A stretch of DNA of 64,000 nucleotides from Lama glama (taxonomy: Eukaryota), in the NCBI GenBank assembly GCA_028534125.1, contig CM052829.1, forward strand, positions 44,702,001-44,766,000. Reading direction: 5' to 3'. Below the pieces are notes generated by a model. It searched no databases. It was given only the letters and a program-made list of their open reading frames with translations, and had not been told where the DNA came from. The translations under genes and the position numbers were made by a program. This document shows, piece after piece, positions 61,922 to 64,000 of this stretch; position 1 is the first letter of the stretch; each line of letters starts with the position of its first letter.

Positions 61922-62065
61922 CCATTCATGTGTTGATGGACATGTAGGTGGCTTCCATGAAATAGTCAATATTATATAATTTTGCAGTATAATCTATAAA
62001 AATATCGAATTACTATGTTGTACATCTGAAATGAAATTGTAAGTCAACTGTACTTCAATAAAAAA
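61922..62065 (+). mobile_element. Short L1 3' end with inverted 5' piece
   Basis: antisense ORF2 piece ccattcatgtgttgatggacatgtaggtggcttccatg joined to sense tail ...ctatgttgtacatctgaaa..gtaagtcaactgtacttcaataaaaaa. Confidence 0.75.
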
Positions 62066-62402
62066 GAAACTTACCATATTAAGAACATTTCTAAATGTTT
62101 GACTCATCTGTGTGTGAGTACACATTTTTTTATCTAAAATTACTTGACATATCTTACAAAGCATAATCCCAGTTTATACATTTGTTTTCTATTATGAAAG
62201 AAGTCTTTTTTTCATTATTTTAAAGTGATCTATTGCTGATACATATACACACGTGTATATATATGTGTTATTATAGCTTATCTTTGTCTTTTATATAAAT
62301 ATTACTGAACAATATACGCTTTTGATAAATATTAAGGCTTATTCTTATTATAAGGCTTTCTGCACATATATTAATATGGTTTGCAAAAATGACAATTGTC
62401 TT

Positions 62403-62970
62403 GAGGAAAAGAGAAGCAGTCCCTGACATAAGGAGCTGGCCTGGAGCCATTAAGCAGGCCTTGGTGTTCTTCCATTAAATATACATAATTTTACAGAACA
62501 GCAACATCAGACAAGGCCACACTGTGACCATCGTGGATCCAGACAAAAACAAAACCATTCTGTAATCATGTCTGAGCACAGACAAATCATGAACAATGGC
62601 CAAGCCACAAAACACCAAATATGTCCCTGTTTTGGCTAATATGTGTGTTGTTGCATTTTTACCATCTACAGCTTTAGCTTCGGTCTAGTCTCCCATACCT
62701 CTAGAAAAGATTTCTTAAGACACCCTCACAGACTTATTCCCACTTCGTGACGGCATCCTCTCCAGAGATAATCCTTGCGTCCTTAAACCTTCTAAAATCA
62801 CTTAACAAAAGGCAAATTATATAGTAAGTCCTTTCCAGGACCGTGTTACTGAGACACCCACAATTCTCCATTGGCTTCATTCTCCAGCCAACCTCCTCTC
62901 ACTGCAAGGAGTAGTTTAACAACTTGTTAACAAATTGTTAACAACAGGTGGGTTCCTTGTGGTCTCTTCA
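62403..62970 (+). mobile_element. MER67-like ERV1 LTR
   Basis: ggagctggcctgg..aacatcagacaaggccacactgtgacc..taatcatgtctgagcacagacaa..ttactgagacaccc. Confidence 0.8.
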
Positions 62971-63449
62971 TATCAAGCTTTTTTTTTCCTATTTCATTTC
63001 CATGTCTTATTACATTGACCAGATTCTAAAATAACAGAATAATAATAGTGATAGCATACATTCCTGTTCAAGGAGACTAACATGTTTTGCTGTGGAATTA
63101 ACAATTGCTTTTCTTTCAATGTGAGTTCCTTTATCAATTAAGAATTGTTCTGTCCTTTTTTTAAAGTTTATTTTGAAATTGACTCAAAATTTTAATAATT
63201 CTTTTGTCTGTTATTAGCTTTCCACTTATAAAATGTTGCATGTGTTTCCTCCCATGAATTTCTAGGATAAATCCTTTTTGGCTGTGGTAAATTGTTCTTT
63301 TAATGAATTCCAGCTTCATTAAAGTATATGAAGTTATATAATAAGTATTTAAAGACTATTTCTTATATGAATATAATATTCTTTAAATATTTACTATATA
63401 TCAAGTTCTGTCTTAAGTCACAGAGGTATTGCAATTTGAGAAAATCTCA

Positions 63450-63791
63450 GGAAGGGTGGTGGACTATGGCTATAAAAGCATAGCCCATGAGAAATCCTTA
63501 TAATGGAAGTGCTCTGTACCTTGACTATGGTGTTGGTCATGAATCTACATGTGATAAAGCTGCATGAAATGACTGACACACACACATGCACACACGAGTA
63601 AAATGGGTGAACTCTGAATCAGGTTGGCAGATTCCATTGATGTCAGTCTTCTGATTGTGATACTGCACTATGGTTATTCAAGGGGTTGTCACTGGGGGAC
63701 GCTAAGTGGTGTGTACACAGGATCCCTCTTCATTACTTCTTACAACTGCATATGACTCTACTATTAGCTTAAAATAAAAAGGTTTAAAAAA
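63450..63791 (+). mobile_element. L1MD-like 3' UTR
   Basis: gctctgtaccttgactatgg..gaatctacatgtgataaa..gtaaaatgggtgaactctgaat..ttcttacaactgcatatga..aaaataaaaagg. Confidence 0.8.
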
Positions 63792-63799
63792 TATTTAAT

Positions 63800-64000
63800 C
63801 CCTGATGAACAGAATACAATCTAGTAATAGAAGTAGATGATAAATAAACACAAAAACCATATAATAACTACTATAAGGTAGTTAGAAAAAAGTATTGGGG
63901 GCCATAGGTCATACAATATTGGAATCTGGTCTGTACTCAAGGGTCAAGAAAGACCTCCCTGAGGAAGTAACATTTAAAGCAAAGCCTAAGAATAAGTATG
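63800..64000 (-). mobile_element. L2 fragment (runs off window end)
   Basis: acaatctagt...gggtcaagaaagacctccctgaggaagtaacatttaaagc. Confidence 0.7.

Overview
Mammalian non-coding genomic DNA, either intronic or intergenic. It is most likely camelid (alpaca/llama/camel), judging by a vic-1-type tRNA-derived SINE and cetartiodactyl-type L1 3' UTRs. I could not recognise any protein-coding gene. The only ORFs with protein homology I recognise are L1 ORF2 C-terminal fragments (14332-14667 and 38800-38876). Much of the window is interspersed repeats: young and old L1, L2, MIR, MaLR/ERVL/ERV1 LTRs, and Tigger1 and hAT-like DNA transposons. Ten 100-184 nt N-gaps sit mostly inside repeats. Events readable directly from sequence: a twin-primed (5'-inverted) L1 with TSD at 17.2-17.4 kb, an L1 splitting an L2 at 14.4-15.0 kb, a SINE with a 17-bp TSD at 6.6 kb, and an LTR-internal-LTR MLT1J-type remnant at 7.6-9.5 kb. 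The repeat-poor unique DNA holds candidate cis-regulatory modules: a CpG-rich patch with overlapping kappaB/GAS sites (32.35-32.67 kb), a CpG-rich ETS-IRF plus GATA module (40.4-41.0 kb), a CTCF-like site (13.17 kb), and a promoter-like segment followed by an ATG-to-splice-donor mini exon (1.2-1.6 kb). I found no convincing novel biological system. The regulatory and unannotated-transcript candidates are hypotheses. Repeat family names come from recalled consensus sequences, and old-repeat boundaries are approximate.
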